Assembly (NCBI GenBank): GCA_001643675.2
Contig: LSRY02000006.1
Location: 1,178,001 to 1,242,000, forward strand
DNA from: Monocercomonoides exilis PA203
Taxonomy: Eukaryota; Protista; Preaxostyla
Reading direction: 5' to 3'
Length of the DNA stretch: 64,000 nt
This document shows, in pieces, positions 38,101-49,749 of the stretch; the stretch's first letter is position 1, and each line of letters begins with the position of its first letter. A program made the position numbers and the translations under genes. The notes below the pieces were generated by a model. It was not told the DNA's origin. It did not search any database and worked only from the letters and a program-made list of their open reading frames with translations.

Positions 38101-41100
38101 TTCTCAATGAAGAAATATTCGCACGTGTTCTCGTTGGAGTAGATGGTACCGCACCAACTGAAGCAGATGTGCTGTTCATTGTTCTGCTTGTTGCTGCCAT
38201 TGCAGCATTCCCACTCATCTCAGCAGGCCCCTCAGAAACACCGAGTGACTGCCGCTGAATCCGTTTGAGGCGCTCCAGTTCTTTCTTCTCGATTTGAAGA
38301 TTTGCTTCGTTTCCCTTCAGTCTGTTGTGTGAGATAGGCACAGACACAGGCAAATGCAGAAAACGTGTTTCGCTCAGCTCGTATGTCTCTGCCAAGTCAG
38401 TTGGAAGATCGTCTGCTTCTTCTTGTTGCTCTTCTTGTTTATCTGGAACTTCTTCTGTGGTGAAATTGTTGGCTGTTGAAAGTCGAGCTAATGATCGCTT
38501 TTGAGCAAATTCTTTCATTGTTTTTGCTTTGTTTTCGGTTTCTGTTCTTTTCAGTTCTCTTTTCTTTTCCTTTTCTGCTGTTGTGTTTTTCTCTTCATTT
38601 GCTTCTTTTCCTTCTTCTTCTTCTTCGCCTGTTTTTTCTGCTTCTTCTTCACTTTTCCTTGCCTTCCTTTCTCTCTCTTCTCTTTTCATCTCTCTAAATT
38701 CCTTGATCTGATCAGCATACAAACTTTGTGTGATTGGAAGAAGAGCTGTTGGCTTCATAGAAACAGTTCGTGCTGCATTACTGTCTTCATCTTCATCTTC
38801 TTTTGCCTCGGTAATAAAGAAAAATGTACCTTTTTCTTGTTTGTTTCTTTTCTCCTTTTCTAATGAAGTCTCATCCAGATTGTCTTCTTTGTCATTCTGA
38901 GCACTCAGTTTTTGCTTGTCTTGCAATTGGGAAACAGAAGACGACAAACTTGGTATTAAAGACAGCTCTCTTTTCAAATCTTCAATGTCTCTGTCCATTT
39001 CTTCTTTCAACATCTGCTCTTCCTCTTGTTTTCTCTGCATTTCGTCTTTTTCCTTCACTTCCATATCTTCCAGCAGTGCAGCCATTAGTGTGGCATCTGG
39101 ATTGTGCGCCTGAAGATAATACTGAAAAGTTGGCGTTCTTGTTTCCTGGATAGTGGACAGCAAAGAAACAAGAAGAGGTTTTGCTGCAAGACGCATCTGG
39201 TCGGACGACGGGCCTGTCCGGAATAGAAACGACAAACGATTCTTTTTCTCAATAAGTTTTTCTCTTCTTCTCCTCTCTCTTTCTTCGGCCATCGCTTTCT
39301 TCTTCTCCTTCAACAGCGTGTCCAACCTCTCTGCTTCTGTGCGAAACGATATCTGAGGCAGAAGAGGAGGCGGTGCTTGCTCTCTTTTTTGCTCGTCTTC
39401 GGTTGGAAAGGCTGATAGAGAAGAAAGTGAAGATGAAGCTGAAGCAGAAATTGAGGCAGCTCCTTCTGTTTCCTCTGGCTCAAATTTGATGTCAGATAGT
39501 GTGTGCATCATCGAAGAAGACGCAGAAAGCGATGCAATTTCTGGTGTTTCAGTAATATTGCCTTCACTTTCTTTTATCTTTTCAGTTGTATCTGAATTCA
39601 ATGGAGACTCAGATGCTGCTTTTTGCATTGATCTTTCACGTTCTTCACTTTGCTCTGTTTGTAAAGATGAGCTAAGCGTTTGTGGTTCCTCAATCGGAAT
39701 CTCAATTTTCTCCATCTCAGCCATTCGCTTCAAAAAGCGAGAAGCAGCCGGAAACTGCTGTTCTGATGTCAGCTGCGGCTGCTTCTGCATTTTTTGAATG
39801 TCTTGCTGTGATTGAAGCAGAAAACTGTCATTATTCATGTTGCTGCCCTCATAAGCGCCTTCGGTTTCGTCTTTTTCTCTGATAGTGTGCAAATATGGTG
39901 AAGGCGTGGAAGGTGTTGAATGAACGTTGAGTATTTCTGGAACAAGACTTGATGCATTCAAAGATCTCTCAGGAGTCATTGATCCTGCTTCTTTTGTTAC
40001 AGCTGATGCAGCTGAAGAAGCAGTATGAGCAGCCGAAGGCGAGCGAAGAGAGCTAGATAAATACGGAGACGATGAAGAAGGAAGTGAATCAGCAGGAGGC
40101 AGCAGCGTCTCATCTTCAATAACAAGCTTCTCCAGTCTCTTTGGCGGGATGCTGTCAAGCGGAGAAGGCGCTTGTGCAGGTGCTGGAATGACAGCGCAAA
40201 CAGCCGGCTCTGAACGAGAATGAGGAACACTCAGCACAGATAATAGTGTTGGTGCATAAGTGATGATATCTTCGGCTTCTGGTGGTAGAACAATTCCGTC
40301 TGACTGAAGCAGCGGAGCTAAAGGAGTGAATGGTTCACTGGGTGAAGGAATTATTGCGGATTTTGCTGAATACGGAGAATTAGGAAAAGCGGGGGAAACA
40401 GCAAAAGAAGGTGTTGAAGACGAAGATGACAAAGAAAAGGGAGTTGGAGGAGCGTTGCGAGAAACCGAGCGACTGACACCTTTTGAGTGTGAGTGCTGTA
40501 CTGCAATCTGAGTCAACGGCATTCCACAGCCATTCTGTGCTGCAGCCACTGGGTCAACAGCCTCGTCCAGCTGCGCCAGAAGCAAAAGCGGCTGCGGGTG
40601 TATTTCCTCTTCTTGTTGGGTTCTCTCTTTCTCTAGCTTCGTTGGAGATAAACACACAACTGTTTCTTCAGTGGGGAACTGCTGCTTCTCCTTCTGCAGC
40701 TGCTTCCAGATGTCTGACACAGCCTGCTGCTCCTTCTTCATCTGTGCCCTGCGCAACGTTGCTATTTCCTCCTTCGAAAGAGTCAGCTGTGTCAGAGAAG
40801 GTGTATGTACAGTTGGAGACGAGCCAGCTGAACCAGAATGCTCTGAATGACGCGCTGCAATCGACTTGTTGCGCAGATGCTCTTCTGCCTCAGCAACTGC
40901 CTCTTTCTCATCGGGTGCATCAACTATCGCAGGCACATGAGGAAAGCGGGTGTCTACAGTGATCAGAGGAGAGGCGCCTTCAGCCACAGCAAGAGAAGAC
41001 GTGGCTGACATAACAGAAGTCGAAGAATTATGTCCAATTGGTGAAGACGATGAAAGTGAATAGAAAGTTGGGCGCAAAGTTGCAGGCAGCTCGTTGATCT

Positions 41101-44100
41101 CGTCTTGTGTTAGCTCGTTTGTGTTCTGTTTCTCTGATGCTGCCTCGTGGATAGCCATTGGATGGCCCATCAGAATTTCTGCGGAAGATAGAGAAGAAGT
41201 CGTTGACGACAAGCCATGTGATGAGAGAGCCTGGAGCTTCGAGTCTGGTGACTGAGTTGAATCAGCATAACGTAAGTGGCTCCCAATTGTGGTCATCGTG
41301 GAAGACAGCTGAGAAGACATTCTTGTTCTGTTGAGCTCTTTCGCTCTGTTCTCCTCGTCTTCTCCTTCGCTTGTGATCAGCTTGTGCAGCGTCTCTGCTG
41401 CCAGTCGTTTTGTCGAAGTCACTTCCAATGGGAGTGTAGACGAGGCGTGTGTTCCGAGCACATTGGCCTCTGCAGCCGTCGAAAGCGAAGTCGACGGCCG
41501 GTTTTCACCTCCAATCAAAGGCGCCATCATGAAATCGGGTATTGTCGTGTCTTCTTCCTTGTCGTCGCCTACCATCGTGAACTCGTTCATCCGCTCAATC
41601 AGCTGCTTCCTCTCGCTTTCATTCCGGATCGTCCTTTTCCCACCAAACATGACTTTCCCCATCGAGTCAGGCTTCTTTACTCCACTCTGCAATCTCATCT
41701 CCTCCTCCTTCTGGTTCTTCAGCTCACCAATAATCCTCTCCCTTTCAGCTGCCAGTGCTTTCCAGTCACCAGCTTTTATCGACTCGTTCTTCACTGCCCG
41801 AAAAAGCGACTCCAGCCGGCTCTGCAGCCCAGCCTCTCTTGAGACTGCTGTCCCTCTCTTCGACACTCGCTGCTTCGCCTTCTGTCGCCGCTCAATCTTT
41901 TCGCGCAGACGCTCGGCGGCACTGTCTGTGCTGGACTCGCTCGCTGTGGAGGATTCTGACTCGTATTCTGATGGATTTTCGCCTTCTTGTTCAGTATTGG
42001 TTGCTCCTGGTTTGTTGGGGCTTTTGCTTATTTCCTTTGGAATTTTGTCATCTTTCGTTAAAGTCTGTGGTTTGTTTTTATCTCCTTCTGTATCTTGCTC
42101 ATTCTCTTTTTCCTTCTTCTTCTTCTTGTGTTTCTGGTGTATTCCTTCTTTAACTCTCTTCAATCCTTCTGCCATGTGCAACGCTGCTGCTTTCTCGCGA
42201 TCTTCCTCCTGTTGCAGCTTTGCCAATGCTACAGCAATTTCTGTGTTCGTGCTCGTTTTCCCTGTCTGCAGACGTTCCAACTTCTTTTGCAATCTCAGCT
42301 GGTCAACTGTTAGCGGTGGTGTTTCTTCATCCTCTGATTCTTTATGAGCCCTCTCTCCTTTCTCTTCTCTTCCCCCGGCTTTCTCCTTTGATTTATCTGC
42401 TTCTTCGCTTCCTTCTTTGTCCTTCGTGGAGTGCAATCTCATAATCGTGTCCTGCTCCCTCCATTCATACGGCTCCAGTGGAAACGGGATGCGCACAATA
42501 GAATCTTCAAACCCGACAACCAGAAACTCGTCTGGCTGTATTCTTCCTCCCGTGGTGAAGAACGACGCAGACACGATGGGTGCAACAAGAGGCATCACTG
42601 AAAGAGGAGTCGGGCTGGAAAGGCTGCAGATGGCGAGGGTGCCGTCCAAAGAGGCTGAGATGAAGGTCTCTCGGCGCGTGGCGGGGGCACACAGGGAGGT
42701 GACGCAGAGCTTGTGGTGGGAGAAGACGGTGAGCGGTTGGATGGATGTGGAGAAGAATGATGTGGTGGTGGATGTGGATGGAAGATCAGAAAGATGAGAT
42801 GAGGAGGCAGAGGAAGAGGTGGAATGCTGTTGAAATGAGTTTTGATTGGCAAGCGATGCATATGGAGCTACCAAATTCAGCGACCTCTCTTTCTTTTCCT
42901 TTGAGAGCACGTCTGTTGTGGGGAAAGGGGACTGCAGAAGAGGCCAAGCTTCAATCACTCCATCGTCAAAGCCGAGAAGGATAGTTGCATTGTCCACCAC
43001 AGTCACTTCTGAAAGCGAGCTGTGATGGCCAGAAAAGCACGACAGGAGGGTGAGGGTGTCCAGCGACAGCAGAGTGACTGTGCCGCTGCTGCCGCAGACG
43101 ACAAGAGCGCCGTTGCCTCCCAAGCAAAGAGGGAGTGTTGGTGGTGTGGAGAAGAAGAAAGAGGAATGCAGTCCGTCTGTTTTGGGGAGGTTGAAGCTGG
43201 AATTGGTGAGGGAGGCAGTGCCAGAAGGGAGAGTGGAGGATTTCTTGTGTGAGATGACTGAAGGTGGTGCTGGTGAGATGGATGTCTGTGAGCGATGGTG
43301 CTGAAGTGAGTGAAGTGATGGTGTGGATGCAGGCGAAGGTGAACGAGATGAATGATTAGCTTTTGAAGAGAGTTGAGATGAAAACGGGGTGTGAGATGAA
43401 TCAGGTGAAGTGGCAGAGACTGAAGTGGGTGTCTGAATGAGAGCAGAGAAAGAGAGGGGGAAAGGAGAGCCGCTCAGGCGATGTGAAGGCGGCGGAGGCA
43501 CAATGGGGCTGGACAGGATTCCCATGCGGGGGAAATAGCGAATGCCGCGGAAGGCCGGAAAGGGCACGACGTTGTCGTGGAAAGTGGCAGACGGGTGGAA
43601 GCGGCAGAGGGACGAGGAAGAGTAGGCGCTGAAATGCTGCATGGCTTCCATCATTTCGGAGGAGCATTCGTCGGGCGTGCTGCCAAACAAAGGAGTGTAC
43701 GGCACAGCTGAAAGCGGCGGGTTTCTGTGCTTGTTGATCGAGGCATCGGTGAACAAGTCGGCAGCAAACGAGGCAAGCGACTGGATGTTGCTTGTGTTTG
43801 CATTGGGATTCATGCTGTTGCTGTTGTATAGCGCAATGTTCGAGGCACACGTCATCGATAGCACATCTGCTTCTGCGTCTCTTTGTTGCTGTTTCCCCAA
43901 TTCATTCTCACTGTTTGCATTCCTCTGTTTGGCCTTCTCATACGCAGCTGTCAGCACACTCACAGTAGCGCCTATATCGACCCACTCAATGTGCACTATT
44001 GGATCGTGGCTGAGTGTATGAGTGGCAAAAGGGAAGAAGGGAGCATAGACACGGGGACGCAGACCAACTCTGATCGGACGGCTGAAAAAATACTGAATGG

Positions 44101-47100
44101 TAGAAGAACCTGCAGAGGAAGAGGAAGTGTCAGATGCAGAAGGGGAAGTAGGGATGTTTTGCGTGCTTCTCGGAATGGACGGGATTTCAGCACAGAGCAA
44201 CGCCCAGATGTTCAGTGCGCCTTGAGATGTGCTTGCTGCAAAGCCAGTGATGGTTGTTCTTGTCGGCGGAGTCAGCGAGCGGAAGTTCGGAAAAACTGAA
44301 TGAAGCAGCGACGGGTCGGTCTCAGTGAGTGAAATGTACTGTGGCTGCTTGCGCTTTCTTGTGGCTCGAAACGCACTCGACGAGATAGACACAGAAGAAG
44401 GAGAAGAAGACAAAGAACGCACATCTGATCCATTCTCGCTTTCAGAGTATCTTTCGTCGTATTCGCTCTCTTCTGAGTCGTCCATCTCTTCGTCAAAGCA
44501 CGTGTCGCTGTCTGCACTGCCATCTGCTCTGCCGTTTCTGCCTCTTCTTCGCCTCTTCTTCGCAACAAGCAGCAGATGCGGCGGCGGGACCGGAATGTGC
44601 GCGAGAGACGTGATTGCCCCGCGGTAGCTGCTCTCCACCGCCACCGTTGCGATGTGCCGCTGTGTGAGTGTGGAGTACATCTCAATGTAGTTGTCGTTGC
44701 GGCCGATGAAGACGAGCCCCAGCTGCGGTACACCAAGCATCGCCGTGATGTCTGGCATCGGCGGCGACGGCGCCACAGGCAGCGCTCCACCCGGAAACGA
44801 GTTCCAATTCGGATCTGCGCGTGCAACAACAACAGGAGTGGAGTTGATCTGCCACTGACGATACTTCCGCTGGTCCTCGTTGCTCTGTGCAAGCGCGGCT
44901 TCTTCCACCTGCCGCTGTCTGTGTTCGCGAGAACGCTGTCTTTGCGCTTGGCTGGCAGAGTAAGAGACTGGCTGGCGGAGCTGCGAGTGTGGGCGAGTGT
45001 TTAAGGAAGAAGAAGAGGAAGAAGAGGCAGAAGGCATAGACACAGTTTTGGCTGAGAATGGGCCGGGTGATGTGCTCTGGGGAAGAGAAGAAGGGGAAAG
45101 TGACTTTGAGTGCTTTGGTTCAGTGGTAGATGAAGTGTTTTGCTGTGTGCTTGAAGAAGCAGAAAAAGAAGCAGAAGAAGCACTATGTGAGTTTGTTGTA
45201 TGCTTCTTATTCTGATTTGATTTCAAATTCTTGTTCTTTCCATCTTCATCACCTTCGTCACTTGTCTCAGAAGCATCAGCGCCTTCCACTTTCGACAGCG
45301 CAGACGGCGTTGGCACTTCATTCCGCAGTGGGCTTTCTCCTCTTTCGTCTACTTTTCTCGATGACGGTCTGTTTGGCATCTGCGGCAGACCCCGCGAAAC
45401 AGAAGCAGTTCGGCTGAGCGAAGCTGGAGTTGGTGGCAGGTTCTTCATCGCCTCGTCCAGTGCACCTGCCCCCATCAGCAGCTCCCGCTGCCTCTCTGCG
45501 GCTTCTATCTGCTTCTTCTTCTTCTTCTTTGAATTCCTACCTCCAATGCTTGTTCCATCTGCCAATTCGTTCATTGAAGACTGTGGGAAAAGCTTCGGAA
45601 CAGAATCAGCTTTGTTGGAGTCTCCTTCTATTTTTGAGACGCTGTTAGCATCCATTCCACTTTGTAGCACTTTTGCTGCTCCTCCTCCGATTTTCTCTTC
45701 AAACAGTTCAATTTCATCTGCTCCTCCAATGTCCAAATGCGCAGCTCCTGGCCCGTCAATAATTAAATCTGTGTTCTTCTTCGAGCGTCCGCTTTTCAGT
45801 GCCACAAACTCCCTCACGCCGAGCTTCATTTCACCGTCTGTCACTTGCTCCTGCTCTCTTCTCAATGCTGCACGAAAGCGTCTTCCTTCAATCCTCTCAT
45901 CCATCTTCTCATCCGACAGCGCTTTTGTCCCTTCTCTCCCTCTTCTCAAAGGGAGAGCAAAATGGCCCTCTCCTTGAAGCACAGCATGCATCGCCTTGTC
46001 GTGCTTCGCCTTCTGCAGCTCTTCCAAAGTCGGCTGTGGAGGAAGCGTCTTCCGCATTAAGCCACGCATCTTCAGTTCTTCTCGTTCTCTTGCTTTGCCC
46101 TCGTCTTCTTCTTCTTCTCCTTCCTTCTTTCTGTTCTTTAAATTTCCATCTCTTTCGCGAGATCCCGGGCGCATTGACCCTTTGGAGCCTGGGCGAAAGT
46201 CCGACGCTGTAGTTGAGACAGAAATCAAAGAAGAAGATGTTCCAGGGCGGTGTGCGCCAGTATCTTTACTGTTCTTGCCCTTCCTGCGCTGAGTGCTTGA
46301 AGCAGTGGAAGAGCGGCGCGAGGTCAGCTCCTTCACAACAGCCAGATTAAACTTCGGGTCGGTACCTTTCGTGATTTGCACCTCGCCGTTTTCGAGAACA
46401 CGCTCTTTCTCGACTGCACGAGAGACTGTGTCCAGCATAAACGATGTGGCATTTGCCAGCGATTCTTCGAGAGAAGGGAATGTGGCAAAGGTGGTGCCGT
46501 GGTCAGGGTCTAAGTAAAACACTGGCTGGCGGACTGCAATGTATGTCACTTGGGCGGTGAGAGGGAAATCTGGAAGGTTGACAACACGCACACGCTGCAG
46601 AGCGGTTTCGATAAAGCCTAGATTGAATAATTCATTTGTCCGGAACCCAACAACAGGAAGTGCAGGTTTTTCTTTGTAACTTCGCTCGGCTGGTTTTGAG
46701 GTAAGTGGAAGAGGTGATGAGGTTAAAATGTCTGTGAGAGGTGAAGATTTGGGAAGTGATAATGAGCTTGTCATTGGAGAATATGATGAGTATTTGGCTT
46801 TTTCGAGAACTTCTTCCAAACTGCCTGATGATAAAATTGGTTTGAGAGTGGGATCATCACAATAAGCGAGAACAGCTTGAGAAAGTCCGAGACTCGTTAA
46901 ATATGAGTAAAAATTCAGATAAGGGAAGCAATTTCTTGTCTTTGGTTTGTGGGTTGTGAAAAGAGCTTGTGTTTTGCTAACTCTTGTATGTGAAGCGAGC
47001 AATGGATCTTCTTTTGAATGAACATGATTTATATGACTAAAGAGAATAAAAGCATTTGTGTAAATTGTTGAAAAGTAATAGTTTATCCTTTCAAAAAATA

Positions 47101-47519
47101 TTTGACATACGCCATTAAAAAGTCCTCTCTATCGGTTCTAAAAAGACATCCCGCAACAACGCATTTATACGGAAGTAATTCTGGATGAACAAGATGTATA
47201 TGAGAAAATAATGCTTTTGAAAGAAGAAATTTTATTCTATTTCAAATATGTTAAAAGACATCAAAGAATAATGGAATAAATAATACCCGCAATTTTGCAC
47301 TGGACATCTCAATACTGCGCTTGGATGAGCCTTAAATAAAAAAGTGTTTGTAATTTGTAGTAAGCAGCAAAAATGTGATAAATGAAAATATTTAAATAAT
47401 CGTTAAGTTTCAAATGTACACACATCACTGAAATGATTAAAATAATCTTTCAATGTTGTAAATCGAATTGGAGTGTGATTTAATTGGCAATAGAATCCAG
47501 GTTGTATCACACTAGCCAT
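23180..47519 (-). CDS. Giant (~8040 aa) protein: N-terminal C2H2 zinc fingers, dispersed WD40 repeats and a very long charged coiled-coil/disordered body
   Basis: Exons 47519-47424, 47330-47287, 47236-47111 and 47036-23180 are all GT-AG and phase-compatible (24123 nt). WD40-like segments at ~42480-44760 include VFIGRNDNYIEMY, ASTSQGALNIW, FSGHHSSLSEV...GFDDGVIEAW and FSHHKLCVTSL...FISASLDGTLAI. Confidence 0.85.
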
Positions 47520-47799
47520 ATTCGAAAACGTTATTTGAAGAAATTTAATGGTGGGAATGAAAATATACTTGGGACGAAATCTTTTGCTTTTAAAATTTTG
47601 TTCCACGCAGTTCTTTAGAATATTTTTTTCGACTTTTTTATATTTCTATATTTAATATTGCACTGGAATGTCAGAATGAAAATTATACGATAGCAGAAAT
47701 AGTTTGGAACAAATCATTGATTTTTTCATAAATGCAAGAATACTGTCCCACTTTTCTAATAAAATTATTTTTTTTCTAATTACTCTCAAAAAAAGACAA

Positions 47800-49178
47800 G
47801 GTATAAGGGTATTATATGGGAGTTTTCAAAAGAGTGTAGAACTTCATTAAAACATCTTGTTAACTATTATTATGATAAAAAATATGCAAGACAGTTGTCA
47901 GAAACTCGTTTTCAGATATAACAGGTATTGTTGAAAAAAGGTCGATTTCACATAATTATGGGTAATCAAATATTTATTTTTTTAAATGGCTGAGCACATT
48001 TTTGATATCACCAAAACGAATGAGCTTAACGATCTATTCCACGATAAGGATGTAACATGGAGGTGGTTTTTCATGAACATTTTGGGTGGGAGAATAATGC
48101 AGTGTTATAAGTGCAGAAGATATATGAAAGTTCAAAAGGGGGAGAAGTTCTATAAATATTGGTACTGTTCCAAATGTGGTAAAAAAAATCAGTTTTCGAT
48201 GGAACAGTTTTTTCACAAAATAAAATTGGATTGGGGAAAACAATGAGGATTCTTATGTGGTATTGGGAGGGAATTTCCATAAAGCATATTTCAAGATTTA
48301 TCGGAATTGACAGAAAGACAATTGGATTTTGGGGAAGTGTGGTAAGAGTTGTGTGCATGAGTGTGTGGAATGAGAAACAAGTCCAAATAGGAGGGGATGG
48401 AAAGACAGTCGAGATTGATGAAGCTGTCTGGAGCAGGAGAAAATTCAAGAGAGAAAGGAGAAAAGAACAGATTTGGATTTTTGGAGGGGTTGAGAGATTT
48501 GAAGGTGGAAGTTGGTCCCAGATTCGTGATGATTGTACCCAATCGTCGTAAAGAGACTTTGCTGCCAACCATACTGGAAAGAATTCGCCCGGGAACAACA
48601 ATCATGTCTGATGAGTGGAAGGCCTATTCCACTTTGAATCTTCACAATTACGTACACAAAACGGTGTGTCACAAACGACATTTTGTGGATCCTGAAAGTG
48701 GAGCCTGCACAAATACAATTGAGGGATTGTGAGGAACTCTCAGAAAGTCTTTTCCACCCTATGGAGTAAGGAAATCACTGATTCCTGATCATTTGGCTAT
48801 GCAAATGGTGAAATCGTCGAAGGATTATGAATTTTCCGATATTTTGATGCACATTTCAAATTATAAACCTGTGGAACCCCATGTGCCTAAACCAGAACCT
48901 GACACAGAAGACGAAGAAACTGACATTCCTGGCATTGATGATATTTTTCATGAAGAATCGGGTGCCGAAGAATCGTCAGGATTAGCTTCAGAGGAGGAAA
49001 AATTTTCTGACTATGAACCATAATTTTTTGCAAATTTCTTTTTTTTATTCTTTTTATTATTTTCGAAAAAACATTTCCGACGCTCAACAATGCACAACAC
49101 TATCATAAATAATATCATTGATTCATAAAAAAGTTGTTTAAACCGAAAATGAAAACTCCCATATCATACCCATATACC
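47800..49178 (+). mobile_element. Merlin-superfamily (IS1595/IS1016/ISXO2-like) DNA transposon, 1379 bp
   Basis: Left TIR GGTATAAGGGTATTATATGGGAGTTTTCA (47800-47828) matches the reverse complement of 49150-49178 at 27/29 positions and begins with GG. A perfect 8-bp TSD, AAAGACAA, is at 47792-47799 and 49179-49186. It contains an internal ISXO2-like DDE transposase. Confidence 0.95.
47986..49023 (+). pseudogene. Disrupted ISXO2-like DDE transposase
   Basis: Zn ribbon CYKC...WYCSKC, then VEIDE, WIFGGVER, VPNRRKETL, IMSDEWKAY, VCHKRHFVDPESGACTNTIEGL*. It is broken by a frameshift in an A8 run (48181-48188), a frameshift near 48510, and TGA (48730-48732) at the position of the conserved Trp of IEGxW. 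Confidence 0.9.
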
Positions 49179-49749
49179 AAAGACAATAACAAATAAATGA
49201 AAATTTAATCAGTTCTCTTTTCAACATTTTCCTTATTTAACTGACAAATATTAAAGATTCAAAAAAAAAAAAATCTCATTCAAGAAATCTTATAAATCTA
49301 AATATTTTTTTAAGTATTATTTATATTATATTTATATAGCACTCATTTTTTTTTTATTGAGTTGACATTAATTAAGCTTTTTCCTTTCTTTATAAATTAT
49401 CAAGTGAAATAAATTCAAGCAAATGGTTGAGAATTTTGGGAAATCCTGCTTATAATTATACCAATTTCATATTGCTTTATTGTTCTATGAACTTGTTTGC
49501 AATATGAAATTTTTCTGAATAAGTCATAAGTTAACTTCTTGAATGAAAAAAAAATTTTTTTAGTTATTATTTCGATTCGAAAAAATTATTGTTTTTTTTT
49601 TTCTCCTCAACTCAAAATTCAACCACTCGTATCCAACAATTGCTATCAATTTCAACAATTTCGAAAATTTCGGATCTGTCTGGATCAATTTATGTAATAA
49701 TTATTAAAATCATAATTGGATTGTGTTTTCCACCAGGAAAACAACATTT

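Noticed and set aside
23500-46520. Dozens of + strand ORFs (e.g. 41331..42347, 45231..45977, 29649..30257)
   Set aside because: These are antisense shadows of the giant minus-strand CDS, with Ser/Phe/Leu-rich translations mirroring Glu/Lys codons.
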